The translations under genes were made by a program, and so were the position numbers. DNA of 64,000 nucleotides, taken from positions 2,724 to 66,723 of the forward strand of contig NZ_JBJMIE010000042.1 in NCBI RefSeq assembly GCF_045807065.1, given 5' to 3'. The notes beneath the pieces were generated by a model, which was given only the letters and a program-made list of their open reading frames with translations, was not told the origin of the DNA and searched no databases. Origin of the DNA: Actinophytocola sp. (GTDB taxonomy: Bacteria > Actinomycetota > Actinomycetes > Mycobacteriales > Pseudonocardiaceae). Positions 46,567-55,616 of this stretch are shown piece by piece (position 1 is the stretch's first letter; the number at the start of each line of letters is the position of its first letter).

Positions 46567-48585
46567 ATGACGGTGTTGCTGGTCGCTGTGGTCGGCATCA
46601 GGCGACGTCGGCGCACAACCGCTGGCAAGCCGCGGTTACGAGCTCGGACTCGATCCGTCATCCTGGTGTCGGCGATTCTCGCGTTCAACATGACACCGGG
46701 CACCTCCGCCGAGGCAAAGAGTCGTCATTCCATTCCAGACATACCGAACCCGTGCACCGATATTCTCGGCAAGATCCCCAGTATGCCCTACCTGCCCGAG
46801 GCGTGCGACAAGGTCTTCGACGCGGTTGACCGAGCCGTGAGGAATGCGTGTACCGACGCGCCGGACATACAGCGACCAGGTGCGGGTCTGGTGGGTGCGG
46901 TCGACCCGTCACGAGGCCACGGGAGTGAGGGCAGCGTGTACCGCGACTACGGCTACGCGGGCATGGTCTGGCAGGTGTACGACGACAACTGCGTTCTCCC
47001 GAAGCCGGTCACCGACCCGATGACGACCATTGACACCTGGACCGGAAACCAGTTGTTCAACCTGGGAAAGTTCGTGGTGGGAGTCACGAACTCACTACAC
47101 TACGCGCTGTACGACGGTCGCATCCTCGAGCGTCTGAACAACAAGGTGAAAGACCTCGCCCAACAGGTGTTCGACAACATCTACCTCAAGCTCGCCGGCT
47201 TGTTCCTGCTGGTTCTCGCCGTACTCATGTTCCGGCATATCTGGCGCGGTGACCTGGCCTCGGTGTCGAAGCGAGCACTTTTCGCGCTCTGCGGGATGTG
47301 GTTCGCGTCGTCGACTGTGGTAATGGTGGGCAACTACGGCCGGATAGACGACACGATCGTCGGAGTCACCACGGGCATCCAGAACGGCTTTGTCGAGCCG
47401 GAGAAGAAGGGTGACGCCAGGGACACACTGCCAACCGAGCTGCACACGAAGGTGGTGTACGACAACTGGTTGCGCGGTGAGTTCGGCAGTCCGGACACCG
47501 AGCAGGCGCGGAAGCTCGGCCGCACACTGCTCGACGCGCAGGCGTGGACCTGGGAACAGGAGGCGCAGAGCACCAACGAGAAATCCAGGAACCAGACAGA
47601 GAACGGGAAGAAGTCGCGGTACAAGCAGTTCGTCTACCAGCTCGGGCCTACCGCCGGGACCTTCACCGGCACGGACGGATCTCGCATGGGTGCCGGGTTC
47701 CTGTCATTCCTGCAAGCGCTCGTCTACTCACTGTTCCAACTGTTCGCCAAGTTCGCCGTGCTGCTGGCCCAACTGCTCCTGCGGATTCTCACACTCACCG
47801 CTCCGATCATCGGCTTGGTCGCCGTGGTCCACCACGAGATCCTTCGACGGGTTGGCAAGGCGGCCGCCGCAGTGGTGCTCAACGTCCTCGTACTCGCGAT
47901 ACTGGCCGGCGTGCACTCCAAGTTCCTGCAACTGATCTTCGGCCCTGGCATGAACCTGTCCCTCACGGTCCAAATGCTACTCGGGGCCATCGTCACACTG
48001 GTGTTCATCCGCGCTGGGCGCCCACTGCAACGCATCTGGCAGATGGTCGACCTCTCCATGGGCGCGGTGGGCATCTCCAACCCGACAGCCGAGCGCACCC
48101 GCCGGACCCGACCCAATCGCCCATCGCACAACTCCGCGTCGGCACAAGGTGGGTTCTGGAGCGGAGTCCGCGAAAGAGCAAACGGCAAGGAGAAAACCAG
48201 GACGGTCACGGCCGGACGGCCGGAGGCACGACCACCCGTCCCCGCTGTCGCCCAACCCCGCCACACGGGTAACAGCCCTGCCGGGGCGACCAGGTCATCG
48301 ACTTCGAACGCGCGGCGGCGTCGAACCGTGATCCTCGAAGGAAACGACAAGGCAGCCAACAGGCGAAATGTCCACGACGATGTCCACGCAACACCAAAGA
48401 GGGCGATGATGACGCCGAACACAGCACCCGCCGGTGATCGTGACTACGGTCGCCCGAAGAACCTTGACTACAAAGGTCCCCGGACACAGCTTGTCTACCG
48501 TCCGTCGACCGGTCGGGTCGAGCCAGCTCCCAGCCAACAGCCACGAAGTACGTTGAGCGACAGCGAAGCGCCACAGACTCGATGA
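46567..48585 (+). CDS. VirB6/TrbL-like membrane protein of the actinomycete conjugation-like gene family
   Basis: YGYAGMVWQVYD, IDTWTGNQLFNLGK, YDNWLRGEFG, DAQAWT, multiple TM helices, basic/Pro-rich disordered tail. Start uncertain. Confidence 0.62.
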   Translation: MTVLLVAVVGIRRRRRTTAGKPRLRARTRSVILVSAILAFNMTPGTSAEAKSRHSIPDIPNPCTDILGKIPSMPYLPEACDKVFDAVDRAVRNACTDAPDIQRPGAGLVGAVDPSRGHGSEGSVYRDYGYAGMVWQVYDDNCVLPKPVTDPMTTIDTWTGNQLFNLGKFVVGVTNSLHYALYDGRILERLNNKVKDLAQQVFDNIYLKLAGLFLLVLAVLMFRHIWRGDLASVSKRALFALCGMWFASSTVVMVGNYGRIDDTIVGVTTGIQNGFVEPEKKGDARDTLPTELHTKVVYDNWLRGEFGSPDTEQARKLGRTLLDAQAWTWEQEAQSTNEKSRNQTENGKKSRYKQFVYQLGPTAGTFTGTDGSRMGAGFLSFLQALVYSLFQLFAKFAVLLAQLLLRILTLTAPIIGLVAVVHHEILRRVGKAAAAVVLNVLVLAILAGVHSKFLQLIFGPGMNLSLTVQMLLGAIVTLVFIRAGRPLQRIWQMVDLSMGAVGISNPTAERTRRTRPNRPSHNSASAQGGFWSGVRERANGKEKTRTVTAGRPEARPPVPAVAQPRHTGNSPAGATRSSTSNARRRRTVILEGNDKAANRRNVHDDVHATPKRAMMTPNTAPAGDRDYGRPKNLDYKGPRTQLVYRPSTGRVEPAPSQQPRSTLSDSEAPQTR

Positions 48586-48594
48586 GGATCACCC

Positions 48595-48897
48595 ATGTAT
48601 ATTCGCGCGAGCGCGGCCGCCGTGTCGATGGCTTTCGAAGTTGCTCAACCGACACCTGACGGGCCACCGACGCTGGGCACAGGCGGTCTGCAAAACTGGA
48701 TTCTCGACAACGTCATTCCGCTGTTTCTTCTGCTGGTAGCGCTGTTAATTCTCTGGCTCGGCGGCGCCAAGGGCGACAACGCGGGAGTCATGCGGCGCCT
48801 CGGTGGTGTGGTTGTCGCCCTGGCCCTCATCGGCCTGGCGCTGAGCGGCGCCGGCGTGAACATCGGCACCTGGCTGACCGATCTGATCGTGCATTAG
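48595..48897 (+). CDS. Small two-TM protein (VirB2/pilin-like of actinomycete conjugation-like clusters)
   Basis: GLQNWILDNVIPLFLLLVALLILWLGGAKGDNAGVMRRLGG; AGGA RBS directly after the previous stop. Confidence 0.65.
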   Translation: MYIRASAAAVSMAFEVAQPTPDGPPTLGTGGLQNWILDNVIPLFLLLVALLILWLGGAKGDNAGVMRRLGGVVVALALIGLALSGAGVNIGTWLTDLIVH

Positions 48898-49547
48898 ACA
48901 CTACTGACACTCTGGCGCTACTCACCGCCGGTACCACTCCACCACGTCTTCGTTCAGCAACACGGAGATGATGACGCCCGCGATCACGATGCCGACGAGG
49001 CCGCCAGGGCGGTCATTGTATCTGACGGCGGTTCGACCTGATCGTCAAAGCGTGTAACTGGCGGACTCGGCTCGACCATGACCTGCCCCGTCTTGGTCGA
49101 CGATTGGCCGGGAACGGTGGTCGTCGGAACAGGGCTTCGGCGGTGATGGCGAGGTCGCGGACGCGACGGCCAGTGGGTGAAAGACGGCTCCAGCCGCCGA
49201 TGACTCATCCACGGCCCCGGTTCGCGAAGTGTGCGTTCGTGCCCCTGGGGCGGCTTGCGCTGCATTCACGTCGAGGTCCGCCTGGCAGCTTTTCCGACCG
49301 ATATGGTCCCGACAGGGCGCTTCGCACGAACTTCGCCGGCGTGGGGTTGATGTCGATGATGCGGCCGCCAAGTGCTTGATCTGGGTGTCGGGATGGGTTG
49401 TTGGCAGGTGTGGCAGTGGCCAGCGGGCAGCCTGCCATGCCCTCGCCTCATGGCGGCTACTCGAACCGCCCGCGCAGGTAAGCGGTGTGTAGCGCCGCGT
49501 CCCTAGCGTTGTCCATCGACTGGTCTGCGTGTGGAGAGGGGAAGCGC

Positions 49548-50480
49548 GTGAGCGGGTTTTCGGTGGAGTGCGCGTCGGCGCAGGACTTGCAGCAGGCGGC
49601 GTCGGCGGCCCTGGTGCCGCTGCGGGTGACGGCTCCGGACACGGCGCCGTTCTGGGCCAGCGTCGTCGCGGTCCGGGCTGGGCGGGTGGCGGTCGCCAGA
49701 GTGCGGAGCGAGCCGCATGAGGTGTGCCGGCCGGCGGAGTGGATCACCTCGACCGACCCCGAGCTGGTGAAGGTGACCTGGCATCGGCGGGGGTCCTGGA
49801 CGGTGGCGCAGGGCGAGCGGCAGAGCCGCGTGCGAGCGGGGCAGCTGGTCGTGTTCGACACCACCAGACCCTACTCGATCAGGGTGACGGAGCGGTGCGA
49901 CGTCGTGGCCGCCAGCGTGCCACGCGCGATGCTTGGCCGCCACGCCGACCGGTTGCGCCACCACATCGCCGCGCCGCTCGCCGGGGACGACGGGATGCGA
50001 GCGGTGCTGGCGGCCCTGCTGTGCGGTATCGGCGACCACGCCGACGAGCTGACGGGCGCGATCCGACCACGGCTGGGCGATGCGCTCGCCACGCTGCTGG
50101 CCGGCACACTCACCGACGAGCCGGCGCGACGGACCGACGTGACCGTCGAACTGCTGGATCAGATCGTTGTCCACGTGCTGGCCAACCTTGGCGACCCCGA
50201 CCTGTCGGTCACGTCGGTCGCCCGCCGGCACGGCATCTCACCCCGGTACCTGCACCGGTTGTTCCAGCGGCACGAACGCGGTTTCGCCGCGTGGGTACGA
50301 CACGAACGGCTGCGCCGCATCCGCCGTGACCTGCTGGATCCCACGCTCGCCGGACGCACGACGGCAGCGATCGCCGCGCGCTGGGGGCTACTCGACCACC
50401 GGCACCTCGGCCGCGCGCTACGCGCCGAGTTCGGCGCCACCGCCGAGGAACTGCGACGGTCGGCGGTCCGCTCCCGATGA
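49548..50480 (+). CDS. AraC family regulator with FeaR-like N-terminal domain
   Basis: VAQGERQSRVRAGQLVVFDTTRPY, DPDLSVTSVARRHGISPRYLHRLFQ, IAARWGL...RAEFGATAEE. Confidence 0.9.
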   Translation: MSGFSVECASAQDLQQAASAALVPLRVTAPDTAPFWASVVAVRAGRVAVARVRSEPHEVCRPAEWITSTDPELVKVTWHRRGSWTVAQGERQSRVRAGQLVVFDTTRPYSIRVTERCDVVAASVPRAMLGRHADRLRHHIAAPLAGDDGMRAVLAALLCGIGDHADELTGAIRPRLGDALATLLAGTLTDEPARRTDVTVELLDQIVVHVLANLGDPDLSVTSVARRHGISPRYLHRLFQRHERGFAAWVRHERLRRIRRDLLDPTLAGRTTAAIAARWGLLDHRHLGRALRAEFGATAEELRRSAVRSR

Positions 50481-50502
50481 GCACGGGAGCGGACCGGAGG
50501 CG

Positions 50503-50886
50503 CTACGGCGCGACGTGCCAGACACCGACGCAGTGACCACCGCTGGCCGGGAACAGCTCCACCCTGCCCCACCCGGCGACCTCGTCCGGGGTGTTGACCG
50601 AGGTCTGGCCCGGCCCCACCGAGCTGACGTCCGTGTTGTACCCGAGCTGCGGCGAGTCGGAGTAGTCCAGGTAGATGATGTCGTTGTAGTGGCCGCCGGT
50701 GATCTGGCCGTGCCACTGACCGTTGGCGTTGTTGTACCAGAGGACCGCGTGCGTGCTGCCAATGGTGCAGCCGCTCAGCTGGACGTAGCTGTACGGCCCG
50801 ACGGTATCGGCCTTGGCCGTGCCGGCCGCCAACCCCGCGCTGAGCACCACACCGGCGACAAGTGCCGCCGCCTGGGTCATCCTCAT
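50503..50886 (-). CDS. Small secreted hypothetical protein
   Basis: Signal peptide ending AGTAKA, GGAGG-type RBS, two Cys. Confidence 0.7.
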   Translation of the reverse strand: MRMTQAAALVAGVVLSAGLAAGTAKADTVGPYSYVQLSGCTIGSTHAVLWYNNANGQWHGQITGGHYNDIIYLDYSDSPQLGYNTDVSSVGPGQTSVNTPDEVAGWGRVELFPASGGHCVGVWHVAP

Positions 50887-51109
50887 GAGTTCCCTCCCTC
50901 GACAGGCGCACCAGTTGAGTGCGCGAGAAGAACGCTAGACAGCCAGAAGCACCGTGCTGCGCCTGATCGCGCAGGCGGAGTCGCCATTCAGCGCACAGCC
51001 ACAGGGCGGGGCACGGAGAGCGGGTCTGCTGACGCCCGAAAGGCCGACACCTGACCGGATCACCCAGGTTGCCTTCCGGTTCTCTTTTGGTCCAGTCTTC
51101 CTCGGTGAA

Positions 51110-51540
51110 CACCCGCGTCGCCCACGCGCTCGACGCACTGCCCGCCCCCGGCGCGCGGGTTCGCGGCGAGGTCCTCGATGTCGCGGACCCCACGCCGCCG
51201 CCGGCTTCGCCGCGCGGGATCTGCTGCTGCGGGCAGGTCAGGCGATGGTGCCACCCTTCGCGCCGAGGCGCCGCGGGACGAGACCGCCGCGGTGGTGCGC
51301 CGGCTGGCGGCGCTGCTCACCCCGACCTCGCCGCGCTGCGGCGCACCTTCACCGTCCAGACCTTGGACCTGGTCGGCGCGGCACCGGCCCGGGTCTGCTC
51401 GACCTGGCCCGGCGCGAGGCGCCGGACGTCTCGCTGCGGGTGCTGGCCGAGGAGTGGGAGGCGGGCCCCGCACTGCGCGTGTCCGCCGCCTCTGGGGGAG
51501 GGCCGTCCCATGCCGCCCGACGTGAAGTGTCGGCGCCTTG
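51110..51540 (+). pseudogene. Degraded LysR-type regulator fragments
   Basis: Frameshifted pieces: VAHALDAL, DLLLRAGQAMVP, DLAALRRTFTVQ, LARREAPDVSLRVLAE. Confidence 0.55.
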
Positions 51541-52245
51541 TCAGCCCCGGAGGATCGGTGGGTACAGCACGGTCGCCGAACCACGCCGGTAAAGCATTGC
51601 CGGGCGGCCGCCGTTCTTGATGCTCTGCTCGCCCGTGGGGTCGAGGAAGTTCTCGACGCTGGTCACCTTGCGGTGGAAGTTGCGCGGGTCCAACTGCTGC
51701 CCCCACACGATCTCGTAGACGTTCCGCAGCTCGGTGACGGTGAACACCGGTGGGCAGAATGCGGTGGCCAGGTTGGTGTATTCGAGCTTGCTCCGTGCCC
51801 GCTCGACGGCGTCGCCGACGATCTTCTTGTGGTCGAAAGCGAGCGGTCGTCTTGTTCTGAGGATCTTGTCGACGGGTTTCCATTCCGCCGCCTGTGCGTC
51901 ACCGCCTGCCGCCGGTAACGGCAGGTCAGGCACCAGCGCGAGATAGCACACCGTGACGACGCGGCGCCGTGGATCACGGTCAGGAGCGCCGTAGGTGCGC
52001 AGCTGTTCCAGGTGCAGGCGCTCCACCGCCAGCCCGGTCTCCTCTGCGAGCTCCCGCGCCGCCGCGGTGTCGATGTCCTCGTCCTCGGATGCCAGGAAGC
52101 CGCCGGGTAACGCCCACGTCCCGAGGAACGGCTCGATGCCACGACGTACGAGTAATATCTGCAGCTGTCCTGACTGGACGGTGAGTATTGCCAGGTCGAC
52201 TGCGACGGCCACCGTGGGGATCGTCCAGCCGTCTTCGGATGTCAT
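51541..52245 (-). CDS. nrtR: NrtR-family Nudix-related transcriptional regulator
   Basis: VAVDLAIL...WALPGGF...AAARELAEETG...LEQLRTYGAPDRDPR...LAFDH..I, then wHTH FTVTELRNVYE...LDPRNFHRKV...GGRPAMLYR. Confidence 0.9.
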   Translation of the reverse strand: MTSEDGWTIPTVAVAVDLAILTVQSGQLQILLVRRGIEPFLGTWALPGGFLASEDEDIDTAAARELAEETGLAVERLHLEQLRTYGAPDRDPRRRVVTVCYLALVPDLPLPAAGGDAQAAEWKPVDKILRTRRPLAFDHKKIVGDAVERARSKLEYTNLATAFCPPVFTVTELRNVYEIVWGQQLDPRNFHRKVTSVENFLDPTGEQSIKNGGRPAMLYRRGSATVLYPPILRG

Positions 52246-52259
52246 GCGTGCAGTCTAGG

Positions 52260-52314
52260 TTATCGTCAACGTGACGACAAGCAATGATCGACATTACCGT
52301 CATGTTGACGAGAA
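52260..52314. promoter_or_regulatory. Two 21-bp palindromes (TT-N2-CGTCA-N3-TGACG-N2-AA), putative NrtR operators
   Basis: TTATCGTCAACGTGACGACAA at 52260-52280 and TTACCGTCATGTTGACGAGAA at 52294-52314, in the 103-bp divergent intergenic region. Confidence 0.8.
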
Positions 52315-52348
52315 ATAGGGTCGCGGTCTACCGTCGAGACTTCGGTTC

Positions 52349-53254
52349 ATGGGGGACCGTAAAAATCGGAGCGAGCCAATGATCGTGATCCTCACCGCAC
52401 TGCAACGAGAATTCACAGCGGTTCGACGACACCTGACCGACGTGCGAACGCATCGGCACAACGCTGGCACACTGTTCGAAGTCGGGTCGCTCGCGGACCA
52501 CCCGGACCGGCAGGTCGGGCTGGCGGTCATCGGCGAGGGCAACGCGCCGGCGGCGACCATCACCGAGCGGGCGATCAACGAGTTCTGCCCGACTGCCGTG
52601 ATGTTCGTCGGGATCGCCGGAGCGCTGCACGGGTGGCTCCAGCTGGGTGACGTCGTGGTGGCGACGCGGGTTTACGGCTACCACGGCGGAAGCAGCCGAG
52701 ACGACGGGTTCAAGGCTCGGCCACGTGCCTGGGACAGCTCACACGAGCTCGAACAGGTGGCCCGGCATGTCAACCAGGATGATGTCCGGTGGTCGGCGAT
52801 GTCGGGCAAACCGACGGTCTATTTCTGCCCCATCGCCGCCGGCGAGGTACTTTTGGAGTCTTCGGCGTCACCCGTCGCGAAGCAGTTGCACGACCACTAC
52901 AACGACGCGGTGGCCGTCGAGATGGAAAGCGCCGGAGTCGCCCAGGCGAGCCAGCTGAACCTGTCGACGCTCTCCATCACGATCCGCGGCATCAGCGACT
53001 TCGCCAGCAGGACGAAGCGGTTCACCGACCGGCAGGGGATGCCGCAGGTCGCGGCCGACAACGCCGCCGCGTTCGCGGTGGCCGTCATCTCCGGAATCGT
53101 GGACACCGGAGAACGGTCCGACCGGGGTGGGGCGGACGAGAAGCGCTATCGCGTCAAGAACGAGGCCACGGGCAACGCGAACGTCGTCGCGCAGATCGGT
53201 GTGGTGCACGGCAGTGTCCAGTTCGGCTCGGACACGGGCAAGGGCGGATCGTGA
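52349..53254 (+). CDS. PNP_UDP_1 / MTA-SAH nucleosidase-family effector with C-terminal RHIM/BASS-like motif
   Basis: VILTALQREF, FVGIAG, GDVVV, IAAGEVL, AVEMESAGVA, IRGISDFA; tail VKNEATGNANVVAQIGVVHGSVQF. Confidence 0.88.
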   Translation: MGDRKNRSEPMIVILTALQREFTAVRRHLTDVRTHRHNAGTLFEVGSLADHPDRQVGLAVIGEGNAPAATITERAINEFCPTAVMFVGIAGALHGWLQLGDVVVATRVYGYHGGSSRDDGFKARPRAWDSSHELEQVARHVNQDDVRWSAMSGKPTVYFCPIAAGEVLLESSASPVAKQLHDHYNDAVAVEMESAGVAQASQLNLSTLSITIRGISDFASRTKRFTDRQGMPQVAADNAAAFAVAVISGIVDTGERSDRGGADEKRYRVKNEATGNANVVAQIGVVHGSVQFGSDTGKGGS

Positions 53255-55464
53255 TGCCTGACCCCAAGCCGGCCGGCGGTTCACAGGCGACCAACACCGC
53301 GACCGGAAACGCGACGGTTGATGCCCAGATCGGTTACGTTGAAGGTGACGCAGTCTTCCACAAGCACGAAACCATCTACCAAGTCGCCGCCGACGACTCC
53401 CCCGAGAAGAAGTTCCAAGTGGCACGCAACCTCATCGACGGCGGAGTACCGAGGCCGGCGGAGGATCTCATCAGGCAGGCGCTCAACGTGGGGTATGCCT
53501 CCACGGAGGTCGCGTACTACTACGCCATCTCCGTCCTGAGTGAACGTTCGTTGAACCAACTGGGAGCCAACGAGCTGGACAAGCTCGAACACGCCATACG
53601 TGTGGCCGAGCGCGAGCCGCACGATGAATGGTGGGCGGCCATCGTGGTCATCGGCGAGCTGGTGCAGTGCGCAGTCGATCCCGACAGCGCACCCAATCCG
53701 CGACACGCCGCGCTGCGGGTCGTACTCGACGACTTCCGGGCACTCGTTCAGCAACGGCAGGCCGAGATCACGCGGCACCTCGACATGATCTTCAGCGGAG
53801 CGGTGCAGGAGGAGCTCGACCGGCTGAACTCCGCGACCGTCGCCGCGGAACGTGCGAAGGGCAACCGAGCAGACCGCGCGTGGAAGTACTTCCACCCCGA
53901 TCCGACGTCACCGCGACGCGGCACGCCGCCCCCGTTGCGGGACGGAGAGCCACGGTCGTTCGCATGGGCCGTGACAGCGTTCGGCGTCGTCGTGTTCGGC
54001 CTGTTCGCCACACTGGACGTCAGGACCTCTGGAATGTCCTGGCGAAGCCTGTGGCCCCGAATGCTGTTCGTGGTTGGCGCGCTGGTCGTCGTATGGTCCG
54101 GGTCGGAAGCGTTGACCTCCTACATCCGCAGGCGGATGCGGGAAGCCGAGCACGGCAGGAACCCGGCGGAGTTCGACGAGCACGAGGAGCTCGGCATAGC
54201 GCTCAACGCCACGCAGAAGTTCGCGTCCGCGACGTGGAAACGGGTGCGCTACTACTTCGCCGTTCGCGGGCCGATCAGGAACACGGGCGAATGGGCGATG
54301 AAGACGAAGGGTATCCAGGCCGCGCTGCACTGGCGGCTGGTACGGCTGTACAGCGCTGGACGAGTGGAGGTGACCACTCTCAACTGGCTGATCCGGTGGT
54401 ACGCCAAGCAGACCGCCGAGCAGTGGCGAGCCGGGAGCCTGCCCGATTTTCGCCGGACGCTCCGCCCGAGTCCGTCCACGGTCCTGTCGGTGGGAGTTGG
54501 TGCGGTCGTCGCGGCCAGTGGCGCCGTACTGCAGTTCGTGAGCTCCGTTGCGTTGGGCTTTCTGCCCACGCTGCTCTCTGTCCCGCAGGTGCTGACGGCC
54601 TGTGCTGTCGGCGGGGGTGTCATGTACCTGCTGGGCGATCACCGTGCGAGAGCTCGGGAGCAGGAGGTGCTCGACGAGCTCTTCGAAGGTGAGAAGCGCG
54701 AGTTCCACCGGTGGGAGCAGCGCCTGCGGGATCGGCCGACGGACTCCGAGATGGCACACTGGCTGGAGTACGACAAGTCGCACCTGAAGACCCTGGCGAT
54801 GCGCCGCTGCGAGCTGAACAGCCGGGAGATCATCGCTCATGTCGTGCTGACGGCCGGTAAACCACGTGCCATGCGCGCCAGGGTCGTCAACGGTCCACCC
54901 CGTTTCTCCAGATACGTCGTGCTGGTCTTCCTCCTCACCGAGCACGGCGTCCGGGAGGTCGACGTCGACCTGAACTTCCTGACGGGTGCGATCTACGACG
55001 AACGGCGCACGTCGTTCCGATACGACGCGCTCGCGTCCGCTCGGGTGCTCGAGAAGGGCTTCCAGTCGGCCGAAGGCCAGCAGCACGTCGTACTCCTCGG
55101 GCGGGACGTGCACCTGACCGACAAGTCGGCGCTCGTGATCAGCCGGACCTTCGAGCTGGCCCTGGTCAATGACCAGACGATCGAAGTCGTCGTGGACAAC
55201 TACGAAGGGCTGATCGACGACAGCACCGCCGAGGACAAGTCCGCTCTGGACACAATGGCGCTCGATTCGTCCGGTGTCGCGATCGCGCTGCACATTCTCG
55301 AAGCGGTCGCCGCTGAGGGCCGGGAGTGGATCACACGGGAGCAGGACCGCCGGACCCGGCGGTGGCGCGAGTGGGAACGTGGTCGGCGTCGCATTGTCGC
55401 GCTCATCGGCAGACCGTGGCCGCTGACCCTCGCGTCGGGGAGAGGCCCGGCAGAGGCGTCCTAG
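53254..55464 (+). CDS. Membrane protein with N-terminal RHIM/BASS-like motif, helical region, about four TM helices and a soluble C-terminal domain
   Basis: ATG overlaps the upstream TGA. N-terminal ATNTATGNATVDAQIGYVEGDAVF; TPR-like KFQVARNLIDGG...YYYAISVL; hydrophobic segments; no P-loop seen. Confidence 0.78.
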   Translation: MPDPKPAGGSQATNTATGNATVDAQIGYVEGDAVFHKHETIYQVAADDSPEKKFQVARNLIDGGVPRPAEDLIRQALNVGYASTEVAYYYAISVLSERSLNQLGANELDKLEHAIRVAEREPHDEWWAAIVVIGELVQCAVDPDSAPNPRHAALRVVLDDFRALVQQRQAEITRHLDMIFSGAVQEELDRLNSATVAAERAKGNRADRAWKYFHPDPTSPRRGTPPPLRDGEPRSFAWAVTAFGVVVFGLFATLDVRTSGMSWRSLWPRMLFVVGALVVVWSGSEALTSYIRRRMREAEHGRNPAEFDEHEELGIALNATQKFASATWKRVRYYFAVRGPIRNTGEWAMKTKGIQAALHWRLVRLYSAGRVEVTTLNWLIRWYAKQTAEQWRAGSLPDFRRTLRPSPSTVLSVGVGAVVAASGAVLQFVSSVALGFLPTLLSVPQVLTACAVGGGVMYLLGDHRARAREQEVLDELFEGEKREFHRWEQRLRDRPTDSEMAHWLEYDKSHLKTLAMRRCELNSREIIAHVVLTAGKPRAMRARVVNGPPRFSRYVVLVFLLTEHGVREVDVDLNFLTGAIYDERRTSFRYDALASARVLEKGFQSAEGQQHVVLLGRDVHLTDKSALVISRTFELALVNDQTIEVVVDNYEGLIDDSTAEDKSALDTMALDSSGVAIALHILEAVAAEGREWITREQDRRTRRWREWERGRRRIVALIGRPWPLTLASGRGPAEAS

Positions 55465-55616
55465 GTCGACGAGGTGGCAGCCTGCGAGGCCGAGCGAACG
55501 TGCTGCCCCGGCCCTTCCGGTGACCAGCGATGGCCGACCGCGGTCGAACACGCGCCGCGGGCGCTCCAGCTCAGAAATGCGATCGCGCTCGCGATCCACG
55601 ATGAAGGGATAGTTCC

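Noticed and set aside
48900-49480. Short ORFs and possible gene scraps between the pilin-like gene and araC
   Set aside because: No recognisable motif, RBS or consistent codon bias.
52789-53253. N-terminal extension of the 891-aa ORF
   Set aside because: It overlaps the nucleosidase gene in another frame and translates to Arg/Gly-rich nonsense; the ATG overlapping the upstream stop at 53254 is the credible start.
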